A stretch of 64,000 bases of DNA from Actinomycetes bacterium (GCA_024637115.1 JAGXFU010000005.1:1-64000), one strand, 5' to 3'; positions 47,990 through 57,859 are shown, counted from the first letter of the stretch. Numbers and translations: made by a program. The notes: generated by a model not told the origin, from the sequence alone.

Positions 47990-50706
47990 CTGAGCGCGAA
48001 GACAAACAGTCCATCTCAATCCAGATCAATGGGCGGCAACTTGACGCCCTCCCGGGGCAGAGCGTACTCGAAGTATGCCGGGACAACGGCGTAGACATCC
48101 CCACGTTGTGCCACGACCCCCGACTCTCGCCCTACGGGGCATGCCGGCTGTGCATCGTAGAGGTGGACGGCCTGCGTGGACTTCCGGCCTCGTGCACCAC
48201 ACGGGCCACCGACGGCATGGTCGTACGCACCGACACTGAGACCGTCGAGCGCGCACGAAAGACGATTGTCGAGCTGTTGCTGTCCGATCACAAGATCGAA
48301 TGCCTCACCTGCGAAGGCAGCGGCGAGTGCAAACTGCAAGACCTCGCGTACCGCCACAACATCAGCACGACGCCCTATGAAGGCGAAAAGCACCACGTTG
48401 GCGAGATCATTCAGGACGTCCTCATCGATCGAGATCTCGAGAAATGCATCGCCTGCGGACGCTGTGTACGAATCTGCGCCGAGGTCCAGGGTCGCTTCGT
48501 CTACGACACCACCGGTCGTGGTTTCGATGCGCTGCCGCAGACACCGTTCGCCAATCCGCTTTCCGAGTCGAACTGCGAGTTCTGTGGCCAGTGCGTCTCG
48601 ACATGCCCTACGGGAGCGCTGTCCGATGGCATGCGACGCTTTGGCGGACGTACCTGGGAGACCCTGAGCACCGAGACGACCTGCGGCTATTGCGGCGTTG
48701 GCTGCACGCTGACCGTCGACACCCATGAGGGTCGTGTAGTCGGGGTTCGCGCGCCCGTGGGACGCGGGGTCAATGACGGCAACCTGTGCCCCAAGGGTCG
48801 CTACGGATGGGGCTTCACGCACAGCCCTGAGCGCCTCACCACACCCCTCGTGCGGCGCAACGGCGAGCTGGTCGCCGTCTCCTGGGACGAGGCACTCACC
48901 GAGGCCGCCGCCGGTCTCTCCGGCATCCGTACGCAGCATGGTCCGGAAGCGATCGGCGGACTTGCCTCGGCAAAGTGCGTGAACGAGGAGAACTACCTTT
49001 TCCAGAAGTTGATGCGCGCGGTCATTGGGACACACAACATCGATCACTGCGCTCGTCTGTGCCACGCCTCTACGGTCGCCGGTCTCGCAGCGTCGTTTGG
49101 CAGCGGCGCGATGACGAACTCGATTCCCGACCTGCGCGAGGCCGACGTCATTCTGGTGATCGGCTCCAATACCGCTGAAGCACACCCGATCATTGGCGTT
49201 GAACTCAAGAAGGCCGCGCGTGCGGGCACACGGATTATCGTGGTCGACCCACGGCGGGTACGTCTCGCAGACCATGCCGAGCGCTACCTCCCTATCACTC
49301 CGGGAACAAACACCGCGTTCATCAATGCCGTCATGAGCACCATTCTGGCCGAGGGCCTCGCCGATGAAGATTTCATCGCACGGCGAACAGAGGGCTTTGA
49401 AGAGCTTCGGGCGATTCTCGAGGACTACGACATCGAAGCGGCCGCCGACATCTGCGGCATCCCTGCCAAAGACATTCGCGACGTGGCCCGCATCTTTGGA
49501 CAGGCAGATAGCGCGTCGATCATCTATTCCATGGGAGTCACGCAGCATACGTCCGGAACCGATCAGGTCCGCGCGATTGCGAACCTCGCGATGCTCACGG
49601 GCAACATCGGCAGGCCCGGCACAGGAGTCAACCCGCTTCGCGGTCAGAACAACGTGCAGGGAGCATGTGATCTTGCCTGTCTCCCGAACTGTCTGCCCGG
49701 CTACCAGCCATTGAGTGATCAAGGTACCCTCGACCGCTTCTGTGATTTCTGGGAGACCGAGGAACTGCTGCCCACAGAGCCTGGCCTCACGCTGGTCGAG
49801 ATGATGACCGCTGCAGCAGCCGGAGACCTCAAAGCGATGTATATCATGGGCGAGAACCCGGTGATCGCGGATCCGGATCAGGCGCACGTGATCGAAGCGC
49901 TCGAAGCTCTCGACTTTCTCGTGGTACAGGACATCTTCATGACAGAAACGGCCAGTTTCGCCGACGTGATCCTGCCCGCGGCAACCTTCCTTGAGAAGGA
50001 AGGAACGTTCACCAACACCGAGCGCCGCATCCAGCGAGTCCGTAAGGCGGTTGAGCCGCCCGGTGAAGCCCGTCCCGATCTCGACATCATCATCGCCCTC
50101 TCAGCAGCCCTTGGCAGCGAGCTTGACTACGAAAACGCCCGGGATGTCATGGATGAGATGGTCGAAGTCACCCCGCAGTACAGTGGCATCACCTACGCAC
50201 GTCTTGAGGCCGAAGGCGGACTGCAGTGGCCGTGCCCGGATACGGACCATCCGGGCACGCCGATACTGCACGCTGAGTCATTCACGCGCGGTCTGGGCCA
50301 GTTTGCTCCCGTCGACTACATCCCGGCACCCGAACAGACCTCAGCGGATCGTCCGCTGATCATGACGACCGGGCGTCACCTCTGGAACTTCCACACCAAC
50401 ACGATGACCGGCCACTCCCCCGGTCTGGCCGAACTCAACGATCACGGCTACGTTGAGATGCATTCCGCGGACGCCGAGCGCCTGGGGATATGCGACAAGG
50501 ACACCGTCAGAGTTACGAGCGCGCATGGGATCGTCGAAGTCGAGGCTCGGGTAGGACACGAGAGCTCGCCGCGACGCGGCGTCGTCTTCATGCCATTCCA
50601 CTTTGCCGACGCACCCGCGAATCGACTGACCGGGTCGGCCCTCGACCCACAGGCAAAGATACCCGGTCTCAAGGTCACCGCGGTCAACGTCGAGCTGATC
50701 GGCTGA
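47986..50706 (+). CDS. fdhA: Formate dehydrogenase catalytic subunit (Mo/W-bisPGD), NuoG-like N-terminus, Cys-type (no selenocysteine)
   Basis: 906 aa. The N-terminus has [2Fe-2S] and HxxxC/[4Fe-4S] motifs like NuoG/FdsA. The molybdopterin domains carry CHAS at the position of the Sec/Cys ligand. Confidence 0.85.
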   Translation: MTEREDKQSISIQINGRQLDALPGQSVLEVCRDNGVDIPTLCHDPRLSPYGACRLCIVEVDGLRGLPASCTTRATDGMVVRTDTETVERARKTIVELLLSDHKIECLTCEGSGECKLQDLAYRHNISTTPYEGEKHHVGEIIQDVLIDRDLEKCIACGRCVRICAEVQGRFVYDTTGRGFDALPQTPFANPLSESNCEFCGQCVSTCPTGALSDGMRRFGGRTWETLSTETTCGYCGVGCTLTVDTHEGRVVGVRAPVGRGVNDGNLCPKGRYGWGFTHSPERLTTPLVRRNGELVAVSWDEALTEAAAGLSGIRTQHGPEAIGGLASAKCVNEENYLFQKLMRAVIGTHNIDHCARLCHASTVAGLAASFGSGAMTNSIPDLREADVILVIGSNTAEAHPIIGVELKKAARAGTRIIVVDPRRVRLADHAERYLPITPGTNTAFINAVMSTILAEGLADEDFIARRTEGFEELRAILEDYDIEAAADICGIPAKDIRDVARIFGQADSASIIYSMGVTQHTSGTDQVRAIANLAMLTGNIGRPGTGVNPLRGQNNVQGACDLACLPNCLPGYQPLSDQGTLDRFCDFWETEELLPTEPGLTLVEMMTAAAAGDLKAMYIMGENPVIADPDQAHVIEALEALDFLVVQDIFMTETASFADVILPAATFLEKEGTFTNTERRIQRVRKAVEPPGEARPDLDIIIALSAALGSELDYENARDVMDEMVEVTPQYSGITYARLEAEGGLQWPCPDTDHPGTPILHAESFTRGLGQFAPVDYIPAPEQTSADRPLIMTTGRHLWNFHTNTMTGHSPGLAELNDHGYVEMHSADAERLGICDKDTVRVTSAHGIVEVEARVGHESSPRRGVVFMPFHFADAPANRLTGSALDPQAKIPGLKVTAVNVELIG

Positions 50707-50707
50707 A

Positions 50708-50977
50708 TCAGGTGTCGGGAGTGTCAGCCGGGTCAGGAATAGCGCCCTTCTCAACTGCCTCGAGGTAGCGAGCTTCGCCCATACATTGCCTGGCAGATCC
50801 GCACCACGCAGCACACGAGGGTGCAGCTTCGCGAACGACCCACTCCCGGCATGAGGGGCAGCGACGCTTCTGTTCATCGGAGAACAGCTCGACCGTTGCA
50901 CCGCATTCACCGCATGCGATCTCCTGCACCGTGAGGTTGCGCAACTCTCCTCCGGGACATCTGTTCATGTTGCACAC
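50708..50977 (-). CDS. Small Cys-rich zinc-ribbon-like hypothetical protein
   Basis: 89 aa with 9 Cys, including CGEC...CPSC pairs. 11 nt downstream of rlmH on the same strand. Confidence 0.35.
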   Translation of the reverse strand: MCNMNRCPGGELRNLTVQEIACGECGATVELFSDEQKRRCPSCREWVVREAAPSCAAWCGSARQCMGEARYLEAVEKGAIPDPADTPDT

Positions 50978-50988
50978 CCCTCCCTCGG

Positions 50989-51453
50989 CTAACGGTGATA
51001 CGGCTCGCCCCTCATGATGCGAAACAACCGATAGACCTGCTCAAGGAGCACCACACGTGCCATCTGATGGGGAAGCGTCATGGGACCGAGTGACATACGC
51101 TCGTTCGCACGGACCCTGACCGCGGAGCCAAGCCCTGCTGCTCCGCCGATCACGAATACGATGTGGCTCGTACCGTTCACCATCAACTGCGAGACGTGCT
51201 CCGAGAACGCTTCGCTTGAACGCTGAGAACCGTCAATGTCGAGTGCGACAACATGAGCACCCTCCGGGAGCACGCGAAGCAGCGCCTCGCCTTCCTCGGC
51301 AAGAGCACGGGCTTCATCGCGAGAGACATCACGGTCCGGGACCTCGGCGATGTCCACCGTCGCATACGGCTGCAATCGCTTCAGGTACTCGTCGGCGGCC
51401 TGGCGCCAGTAGGGCTCCTTGAGTTTGCCAACGGCTGCGATAGTGATCCGCAC
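50989..51453 (-). CDS. rlmH: 23S rRNA (pseudouridine1915-N3)-methyltransferase RlmH (SPOUT)
   Basis: Only the C-terminal 155 aa of the tracked ORF are RlmH-like (VRITIAAVGKLKEPYW...GGAAGL...). A GTG at 51453 sits 1 nt after the htrA stop and gives an E. coli-like N-terminus. An alternative ATG lies at 51471. Confidence 0.75.
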   Translation of the reverse strand: MRITIAAVGKLKEPYWRQAADEYLKRLQPYATVDIAEVPDRDVSRDEARALAEEGEALLRVLPEGAHVVALDIDGSQRSSEAFSEHVSQLMVNGTSHIVFVIGGAAGLGSAVRVRANERMSLGPMTLPHQMARVVLLEQVYRLFRIMRGEPYHR

Positions 51454-51454
51454 G

Positions 51455-52828
51455 CTAGTTACGCTCTGCATCAGAGCCGAGGACCAGGGTGAGGGTACGC
51501 TCGGCATCTGCACGAATGACGACCACTGAAACGGAATCCCCGACCTGATACTCACGCACCGCACCGAACACGTCCTCGATGCCGCCGATATCACGACCAC
51601 CCATGCTGATGATGATATCGCCGCGCTCAAGACCGGCCTCTTCGGCGGGGGAACCGGGCTCCACGAACTGCACGAGCGCACCGCGGGCCACCGGAAGGTT
51701 GAATTGAGCTGCAAGTCCCTCATCGATCGTCGAGGTCGAAACGCCCATGTAGGGATGGACGGCAACACCGTCGCTAATGAGCTGGTCGGCCACGCTCATG
51801 GCGAAGTCCACGGGAATCGCAAAACCGATGCCCGCCGATTGCGGAGCGCCCACGCTGCCGGACGGCGACTGGATGAGCGTGTTGATGCCAATGAGTTTCC
51901 CGGCCTCGTCAACGAGAGCGCCGCCGGAGTTACCGGGGTTGATCGCGGCATCGGTCTGGATGAGGTTCGTGTAGGCGGTCAGATCAGTTGTTCCCTCGGC
52001 GAAGCTCGTACGCTGCAATGCCGAGATAATGCCCGAGGTGACCGTCTTCTCGAGTCCGAACGGACTACCGACCGCGACAACGAACTCGCCTACCTGCAGA
52101 TCAGTCGAGGAACCCAGCTCGATCGCGGGATAGTCGGTTCCCGATATCTTGATCACCGCGAGGTCTGTCGAAGGATCGAGGCCGATGATCTCGGCTTCCA
52201 CATCCTGGACGCCGACCGTCACGATGATTCGATCCGCCCCTTCGACGACATGGTTGTTGGTGAGAATGTAGCCATCCTCACGAATGATCACGCCGCTCCC
52301 GTTCCCGGTTTCGATCGTCTGTCGCAGTCCATTGAACGGGTTGACCGCAGTCTGCTCGATTGCGACATTGACCACGGAAGGGGTTACCTTTGCAGCAACG
52401 GGTACCGCGCTGTTCGAACCGTCCGACGGAGTGATCGTGAGTTCGCTCGGACGTGTCCCGGTATCGGTCGCTGTCGTGAGCGGGCGTGCGCCGGGCCACA
52501 TGCCAAGCGCCCATATCAACGCAGCCGCCGAGAGAATCGCTCCGAACGCACCGCCGAGTGATGCAGCCGTGATGACCGCTGCCCCGGACCAGCGTCGAAC
52601 CGTGGCGGGCTCCTCGCACGGCTCATCGTCAGGCTCTCCGGTGTATTCACACACAGGGAGCGGGCCGGTCACGACCTCATAGCCGGGCGACTCATGCGCC
52701 TGCCGTTCTAGGTCTTCGAGATGTACATCCGGGTCGGCCATCCAGGCTATTGACTCACCCTCGGCACCCGAAGGTTCGACTTCGTCGGCCCCGGATGCCG
52801 CATTGGTTGCACGTTCTTCATCACTCAT
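51455..52828 (-). CDS. htrA: Membrane-anchored HtrA/DegP-family serine protease with a PDZ domain
   Basis: Catalytic triad regions (TNNHVV, TDAAINPGNSGGAL) plus a C-terminal PDZ domain. An N-terminal TM anchor follows an acidic cytoplasmic segment. Confidence 0.85.
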   Translation of the reverse strand: MSDEERATNAASGADEVEPSGAEGESIAWMADPDVHLEDLERQAHESPGYEVVTGPLPVCEYTGEPDDEPCEEPATVRRWSGAAVITAASLGGAFGAILSAAALIWALGMWPGARPLTTATDTGTRPSELTITPSDGSNSAVPVAAKVTPSVVNVAIEQTAVNPFNGLRQTIETGNGSGVIIREDGYILTNNHVVEGADRIIVTVGVQDVEAEIIGLDPSTDLAVIKISGTDYPAIELGSSTDLQVGEFVVAVGSPFGLEKTVTSGIISALQRTSFAEGTTDLTAYTNLIQTDAAINPGNSGGALVDEAGKLIGINTLIQSPSGSVGAPQSAGIGFAIPVDFAMSVADQLISDGVAVHPYMGVSTSTIDEGLAAQFNLPVARGALVQFVEPGSPAEEAGLERGDIIISMGGRDIGGIEDVFGAVREYQVGDSVSVVVIRADAERTLTLVLGSDAERN

Positions 52829-52951
52829 GGGTCACCTCGTGTGGGTTTCGGTGCGCACATAGCGTGCTCTAACAAGTATACCCACGGTGAACAGCGCGGA
52901 TTGTGCCTTCGTGCGTCGTTTCACGATAACTCCACGAGCGCGACAGAGCGG

Positions 52952-54337
52952 CTACAAGCCTACAAGCTCGAGAAGTGGCGCGATACCAATGCCCATCGCG
53001 ATCGTAGCTACCACCGCTATGCCCACTGCGATGTTGGACGCGACCGAGTTCGGAACCACACACGGCGAGTCCGGCTCATCGGCCAGGAACATCTGGCGAA
53101 TGACGCGGAAGTAATACCCCGCCGACACGACACTCACGAGCACGGCGACGACTACCGCCGCGACCGGCCACGGTGTGCTCGCGGCCTCAAGAGGAGCGCG
53201 GAACAAGTACAACTTGCCAAAGAACCCGGCAAGCGGAGGAATGCCAATGAGCGACATGAGCCACACCACCACGGACCAGGCAACTGCGGGCCTGCGCGCT
53301 GCAAGTTGAGCCATGTCGGCGAGCGCAGGTCCTTCCTCGGCAACCACGAGCATGATCGCGAGCGAAGGCACCGCATAGGCGACCGCATAGTAGAGCACGG
53401 CTCCGTAGCCATATTGCGTGCCCGAGGAAAGCGCCAGGAGGAGGTAGCCCGTGTGTGCGACACCCGAGTAGGCCATGAGGCGGCGGATATCGCTTTGGGG
53501 CAACGCGGACAGATTGCCGAGGACCATGGACACGACTGCCGCGAGCAGCAGGATCCACTGGAGCTGAGGCTCATCCGGGAGCATCACGTGCATGAGACGA
53601 ACCATGGCCGCCGCCCCCGCGATCTTGGGAACCGTGGAGACGAATGCAACTGCCGAGGCGGGCGCGCCCGCGTAGGCGTCGGGAGCCCAGAAGTGGAACG
53701 GGGCTGCCGAAAGCTTGGCAAGCAGACCAACGATCGTAAGGAGTGCGGCGATGAGACCCAGCGCACCGGTGCCGGAAAGCGAGATATCAGCGAACAGCGT
53801 GGCGCCTGTTGAGCCGTACAGGAACGACAGTCCGTAGAGCATGATGAGCGAGGTCAAGAGCGAGAGCAGGAAGTACTTAAGCGCGCCCTCGAGCCCCGCA
53901 ACATCGCGACGGCGATAGCCTACGAGCACGTACGCGGGCATCGTCGAGAGTTCGAGCGCCATGTACATCGTGATCAGATCGGTCGATGCGGCGAGCACCA
54001 TGCCGCCGATCGCGGAGAGGAGCGCCAGGGCAGCCGCGTCTCGTCGTCGGGGCTCATCGGGGGCTATGTCACGACCGGAGAGCCAGAGCAGCCATACGCC
54101 GGTCAGGCCGGCGACGCCGGCACGAATGAATCGCGCCGGTCCGTCGAAGGTGAGCATCCCCCCGAACAGTGTGCCGGAGCTACCATCGAGGGCGATGATC
54201 AGCGCAGCGGAGAATGCGAGCGCCGCGCCGATGCGTACAGCACCGCGGTCTCCTCCCGGCATGAACTCACCGAACAGGGCAATAAGCGCCCCGGTCAGCA
54301 CGAGTCCTTCGGGTAGCAGCTGCCAGTAACCGACCAT
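52952..54337 (-). CDS. nuoN: NADH-quinone oxidoreductase subunit N
   Basis: 461-aa antiporter-like polytopic subunit. Last gene of the nuoA-N array. Confidence 0.85.
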   Translation of the reverse strand: MVGYWQLLPEGLVLTGALIALFGEFMPGGDRGAVRIGAALAFSAALIIALDGSSGTLFGGMLTFDGPARFIRAGVAGLTGVWLLWLSGRDIAPDEPRRRDAAALALLSAIGGMVLAASTDLITMYMALELSTMPAYVLVGYRRRDVAGLEGALKYFLLSLLTSLIMLYGLSFLYGSTGATLFADISLSGTGALGLIAALLTIVGLLAKLSAAPFHFWAPDAYAGAPASAVAFVSTVPKIAGAAAMVRLMHVMLPDEPQLQWILLLAAVVSMVLGNLSALPQSDIRRLMAYSGVAHTGYLLLALSSGTQYGYGAVLYYAVAYAVPSLAIMLVVAEEGPALADMAQLAARRPAVAWSVVVWLMSLIGIPPLAGFFGKLYLFRAPLEAASTPWPVAAVVVAVLVSVVSAGYYFRVIRQMFLADEPDSPCVVPNSVASNIAVGIAVVATIAMGIGIAPLLELVGL

Positions 54338-55816
54338 CTACATCGCTCCCATAGCGGTAAGCATGGAGGTCACGGCCGGGTCGACATAACGCAACAGACC
54401 CGACCAATACACGCCGATGAAGACCGTAAGCGCGATCAGGGGCACGAGCAGGCCGATCTCCCGCGCACCGAGATCGGTGATTCCAACGACCGCTTCGCTC
54501 GACTCGCCGAGCACCACGCGCTGCACCATCCACAGCATGTACGCTGCTGCGAGCAGAACGCCCACGGCTGAGATGATCACATAGCCGGGCCACATGTCCG
54601 AGTTCCACGCACCCAGAAGCGAAAGGAATTCGCCGGGGAAACCGGCAAGTCCGGGAAGGCCGAGTGAGGCGAACGCCGCAAAGGCCAGGAGTCCACCGGC
54701 CACCGGAGCCGTCTTAGATACCCCTCGCACATCGGCGATCAGGCGCGTGTGTGTGCGTTCGTAGATCATGCCGACCAGCAGGAACATCATGCCGGTGATC
54801 AGACCGTGAGCGACCATCACTGCCACGGCGCCGTTGATTCCGGCGGGTGTGAGCGATGCGATACCCAGCATCACAAAGCCCATGTGCGAGACCGACGAAT
54901 ACGCCACGAGCTTCTTGAGGTCGGACTGGGCGAAGGCGACAGCCGCTCCGTACACGATGGAGATCGCAGCAAGCAGCGCGAGGAACCACGACCAGCTCTG
55001 CGACGCATCGGGCAGCATGGGCAATGAGATACGCACGAACCCGTACGTTCCCATCTTGAGCATGATTCCCGCGAGCAGGACCGAGCCGGCGGTCGGAGCC
55101 TCAACGTGTGCATCCGGCAACCAGGTATGCAGTGGCCACACCGGTACCTTCACCGCAAAGCCAAGGAAGAACGCCGCGAACACCCACCACTGGAAGCCGG
55201 CACCGAACGCTCCGCTCCCGCCGAGCTCGGCGAGCTTGAGCATGTCGAATGTTCCCGCTGCAGGGTGCAGGTACAGCGCAATGAGGCCCACGAGCATGAA
55301 CACTGAGCCGAACAGCGTGTAGAGGAAGAACTTGATCGAGGCATACTCTCGACGGGGGCCGCCCCAGACTGCGATCAGGAAGTACATCGGGACGAGCACG
55401 AGCTCCCAGAATACATAGAAGAGCACGAAGTCGAGAGCACAGAAGACGCCGCTCATACCGACCGCGAGCACCTGAATCATTGCAAAGTAGAACGCGGGCT
55501 TCTTCTCGATCTTCCACGATGCGAGGATTGCAAGCACCGTGAGCAGCGCTGAGAGCGCAAGCAGCGTGACTGAGATTCCGTCTATGCCAAGGTAGTACTG
55601 GATCCCCGCTTCGGGAACCCATGACGCCTTCTCCACGAACTGCATCCCGGCGGCACCCACGTCAAAGCGAACAAGGACGTAGAGCGCTACGGCAAGGTCA
55701 ACCAGCGCGAACCCGAGCGCCACCTTCTTGGGGAGATCGGGACGGCTCTGCGGCAGCAGGGCGGTCACTGCGGCGCCAAGGAGAGGCAGGAAGATGATCG
55801 CTGTCAGGAGTGGCAT
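54338..55816 (-). CDS. nuoM: NADH-quinone oxidoreductase subunit M
   Basis: 492-aa Mrp-antiporter-like subunit, contiguous with nuoN. Confidence 0.85.
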   Translation of the reverse strand: MPLLTAIIFLPLLGAAVTALLPQSRPDLPKKVALGFALVDLAVALYVLVRFDVGAAGMQFVEKASWVPEAGIQYYLGIDGISVTLLALSALLTVLAILASWKIEKKPAFYFAMIQVLAVGMSGVFCALDFVLFYVFWELVLVPMYFLIAVWGGPRREYASIKFFLYTLFGSVFMLVGLIALYLHPAAGTFDMLKLAELGGSGAFGAGFQWWVFAAFFLGFAVKVPVWPLHTWLPDAHVEAPTAGSVLLAGIMLKMGTYGFVRISLPMLPDASQSWSWFLALLAAISIVYGAAVAFAQSDLKKLVAYSSVSHMGFVMLGIASLTPAGINGAVAVMVAHGLITGMMFLLVGMIYERTHTRLIADVRGVSKTAPVAGGLLAFAAFASLGLPGLAGFPGEFLSLLGAWNSDMWPGYVIISAVGVLLAAAYMLWMVQRVVLGESSEAVVGITDLGAREIGLLVPLIALTVFIGVYWSGLLRYVDPAVTSMLTAMGAM

Positions 55817-55822
55817 CGTGCC

Positions 55823-57856
55823 TTACGCCCCTTTCGCAACGAGCAGAAGGACACTTGCGACCATGAGCATCACGAGTGCACCTACGGCAAGCCGCTGATA
55901 CGTCTGGATCCGACCGGTCTGGATTCGTCGCGCACCTTGTCCGGCGCGACGGATAAGGCTCGCGATGCCATTGACGGCACCATCGATGACCTGGGTGTCG
56001 AACTGAGCTCCGAGCGATGTGGCGGAGTTCCACACACGTGCGGCACCGTTCACCACACCGTCGACGCGCTTCATATCAAAGACGGCAAGGCCGGCTGTGA
56101 GGCGCATGAACGGTCGAATGATGAAGTATTCGTAGGTGATATCGAAGTAGAACTTGTTGGCCAGCATGTCATAGCCATAGCCCGCCCGCTGTTTGAGAGA
56201 TCGCGTGTTGACCACCAGGTTGCGGCGTCCGTACCCCCACCATCCGAGTGCGATTCCCGCGCCACCCACCGCCAAAGACGTTGCCGCCATACTGAATGCG
56301 GGCCAAAGAATCTCGTGTCCGAGAAACGCACCGATTTGCGGCCCAAAGAAGCCGATGACCACGGTGATGCCGGCAAGCAGCACCATCGGAGCGATCATCT
56401 CGTTGTGGGCCTCGTGGAGCTCCTCGGACTGTCTGGGTCCTGCAAACACACGGAACCAGAGACGCGCAACGTAGAAGGCAGTCACGAATGCCGCAGCCAG
56501 AGCAATAGCCCACGTCACGTAGTGACCCTCGTGCCAGAGCACGGTCAGAATCTCATCTTTCGACCAGAAACCCGAGAGCGGGAATACGCCCGCGAGCGCA
56601 AGCGAGCCGATGGTGAAGGTTGCCGTCGTCCACGGCAGGTAGCGCGCCAGCCCGCCCATCTCGCGCATGTCTTGCGTGTGATAGGCATGGATGATCACTC
56701 CCGCACCCAAGAAGAGAAGCGACTTGAAAAAGGCATGGGTGATCAGGTGATAGAAGCCCGCCACAAGCCCACCAGCACCAAGCGCAATGAACATGTAGCC
56801 GAGCTGAGAGATCGTTGAGTACGCGAGCACTTTCTTGATGTCGTGCTGCACCGTGGCCATCAGCCCACCAAGGAGCGCGGTCGTGGCGCCAATGAACAGC
56901 GTGACTGAGAGCGCGACTCCGCTTGCCTCAAAGATCGGCAGCGCCCGGCCCACGAGATAGACGCCTGCGGCAACCATCGTTGCGGCGTGGATAAGAGCCG
57001 ATGCCGGTGTGGGGCCCGCCATGGCGTCGGGGAGCCAGACGTGGAGGGGCACCTGCGCTGACTTGCCCATCGCGCCGAATAGGAGCATGAGCGCAACGAG
57101 TGTGGCAGCACCACCCGCTGCCGGCGCGGCCCAGTCGTAGGAGAGCACGTCGCTGAAGGCGAACGATCCGACCGTACCCCACATCGCAAAGAGGCCAATG
57201 GCAAAACCGACGTCGCCCACGCGCGTTGTGAGGAACGCCTTCATGCTTGCCTTGCGGGGCGCTTCCTGCTCGTGCCAGAACCCGATGAGCAGGTAGGAAC
57301 AGAGACCCATGATCTCCCATGACAGGTAAAGGAGAAGGAAGTTATCCGCGAGCACAAGGGCGAGCATCGCAGCGGTAAAGAGCGAGAGAACCGCGTAGTA
57401 CCAGCCAACGCGCTCGTCGCGATGCATGTAGCCCAGCGAGTAGACCTGAACGCACGCGCCAACGATCGTGACCACGAGAAGCATGACTGCGGCGATCGGA
57501 TCGAGTTGCATCCCAAGGTCGATGTCTGCACCGGCGACCGTCGCGATCGCGAACGAGCGATTCCAGAGCACAGCCCCACCCTCGGCAAGCTCATCTCCGC
57601 CTTCTGAGGCAAGCCCCGGCTCCGTGGAGGACTCCGACGCATGCGTCTCGGATAGAGCGATCGAGGGCGCTGCGGCGTGCTCCTCCTGGGGAATCTCCGA
57701 CCACGCGGTACCGAACGCCATCAGCGAGAGCACGAGGCTTGCGGCGATGGCTGCAACAGCAACGTAGCGCGCGCGATTTCGGGCCGCGCGCGACAGTGGA
57801 GCAAGAACCACGAAGGCCAGGGCCGGCAACAAGGGTATGGCGATGATGTAATCCAC
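55823..57856 (-). CDS. nuoL: NADH-quinone oxidoreductase subunit L
   Basis: 677 aa including an antiporter core and a long C-terminal region. An acidic insert follows the first helices. Confidence 0.85.
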   Translation of the reverse strand: MDYIIAIPLLPALAFVVLAPLSRAARNRARYVAVAAIAASLVLSLMAFGTAWSEIPQEEHAAAPSIALSETHASESSTEPGLASEGGDELAEGGAVLWNRSFAIATVAGADIDLGMQLDPIAAVMLLVVTIVGACVQVYSLGYMHRDERVGWYYAVLSLFTAAMLALVLADNFLLLYLSWEIMGLCSYLLIGFWHEQEAPRKASMKAFLTTRVGDVGFAIGLFAMWGTVGSFAFSDVLSYDWAAPAAGGAATLVALMLLFGAMGKSAQVPLHVWLPDAMAGPTPASALIHAATMVAAGVYLVGRALPIFEASGVALSVTLFIGATTALLGGLMATVQHDIKKVLAYSTISQLGYMFIALGAGGLVAGFYHLITHAFFKSLLFLGAGVIIHAYHTQDMREMGGLARYLPWTTATFTIGSLALAGVFPLSGFWSKDEILTVLWHEGHYVTWAIALAAAFVTAFYVARLWFRVFAGPRQSEELHEAHNEMIAPMVLLAGITVVIGFFGPQIGAFLGHEILWPAFSMAATSLAVGGAGIALGWWGYGRRNLVVNTRSLKQRAGYGYDMLANKFYFDITYEYFIIRPFMRLTAGLAVFDMKRVDGVVNGAARVWNSATSLGAQFDTQVIDGAVNGIASLIRRAGQGARRIQTGRIQTYQRLAVGALVMLMVASVLLLVAKGA

Positions 57857-57859
57857 GCG

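Noticed and set aside
49000-49100. Possible selenocysteine in the formate dehydrogenase
   Set aside because: The Mo-ligand position reads CARLCHAST with an ordinary Cys codon, and the 906-aa ORF has no in-frame TGA. This is a Cys-type FDH.
48016-49887. Long antisense ORFs opposite real genes (e.g. 48016..49887 -, 10784..12160 +, 33259..34359 -, 1280..2329 +, 12394..13545 +, 46378..47316 -, 52841..53812 +)
   Set aside because: The DNA is GC-rich, so stop codons are rare in non-coding frames. These ORFs overlap well-supported genes on the other strand across their whole length. Their translations are Arg/Pro/Ala-rich low-complexity sequence with no recognisable motifs.
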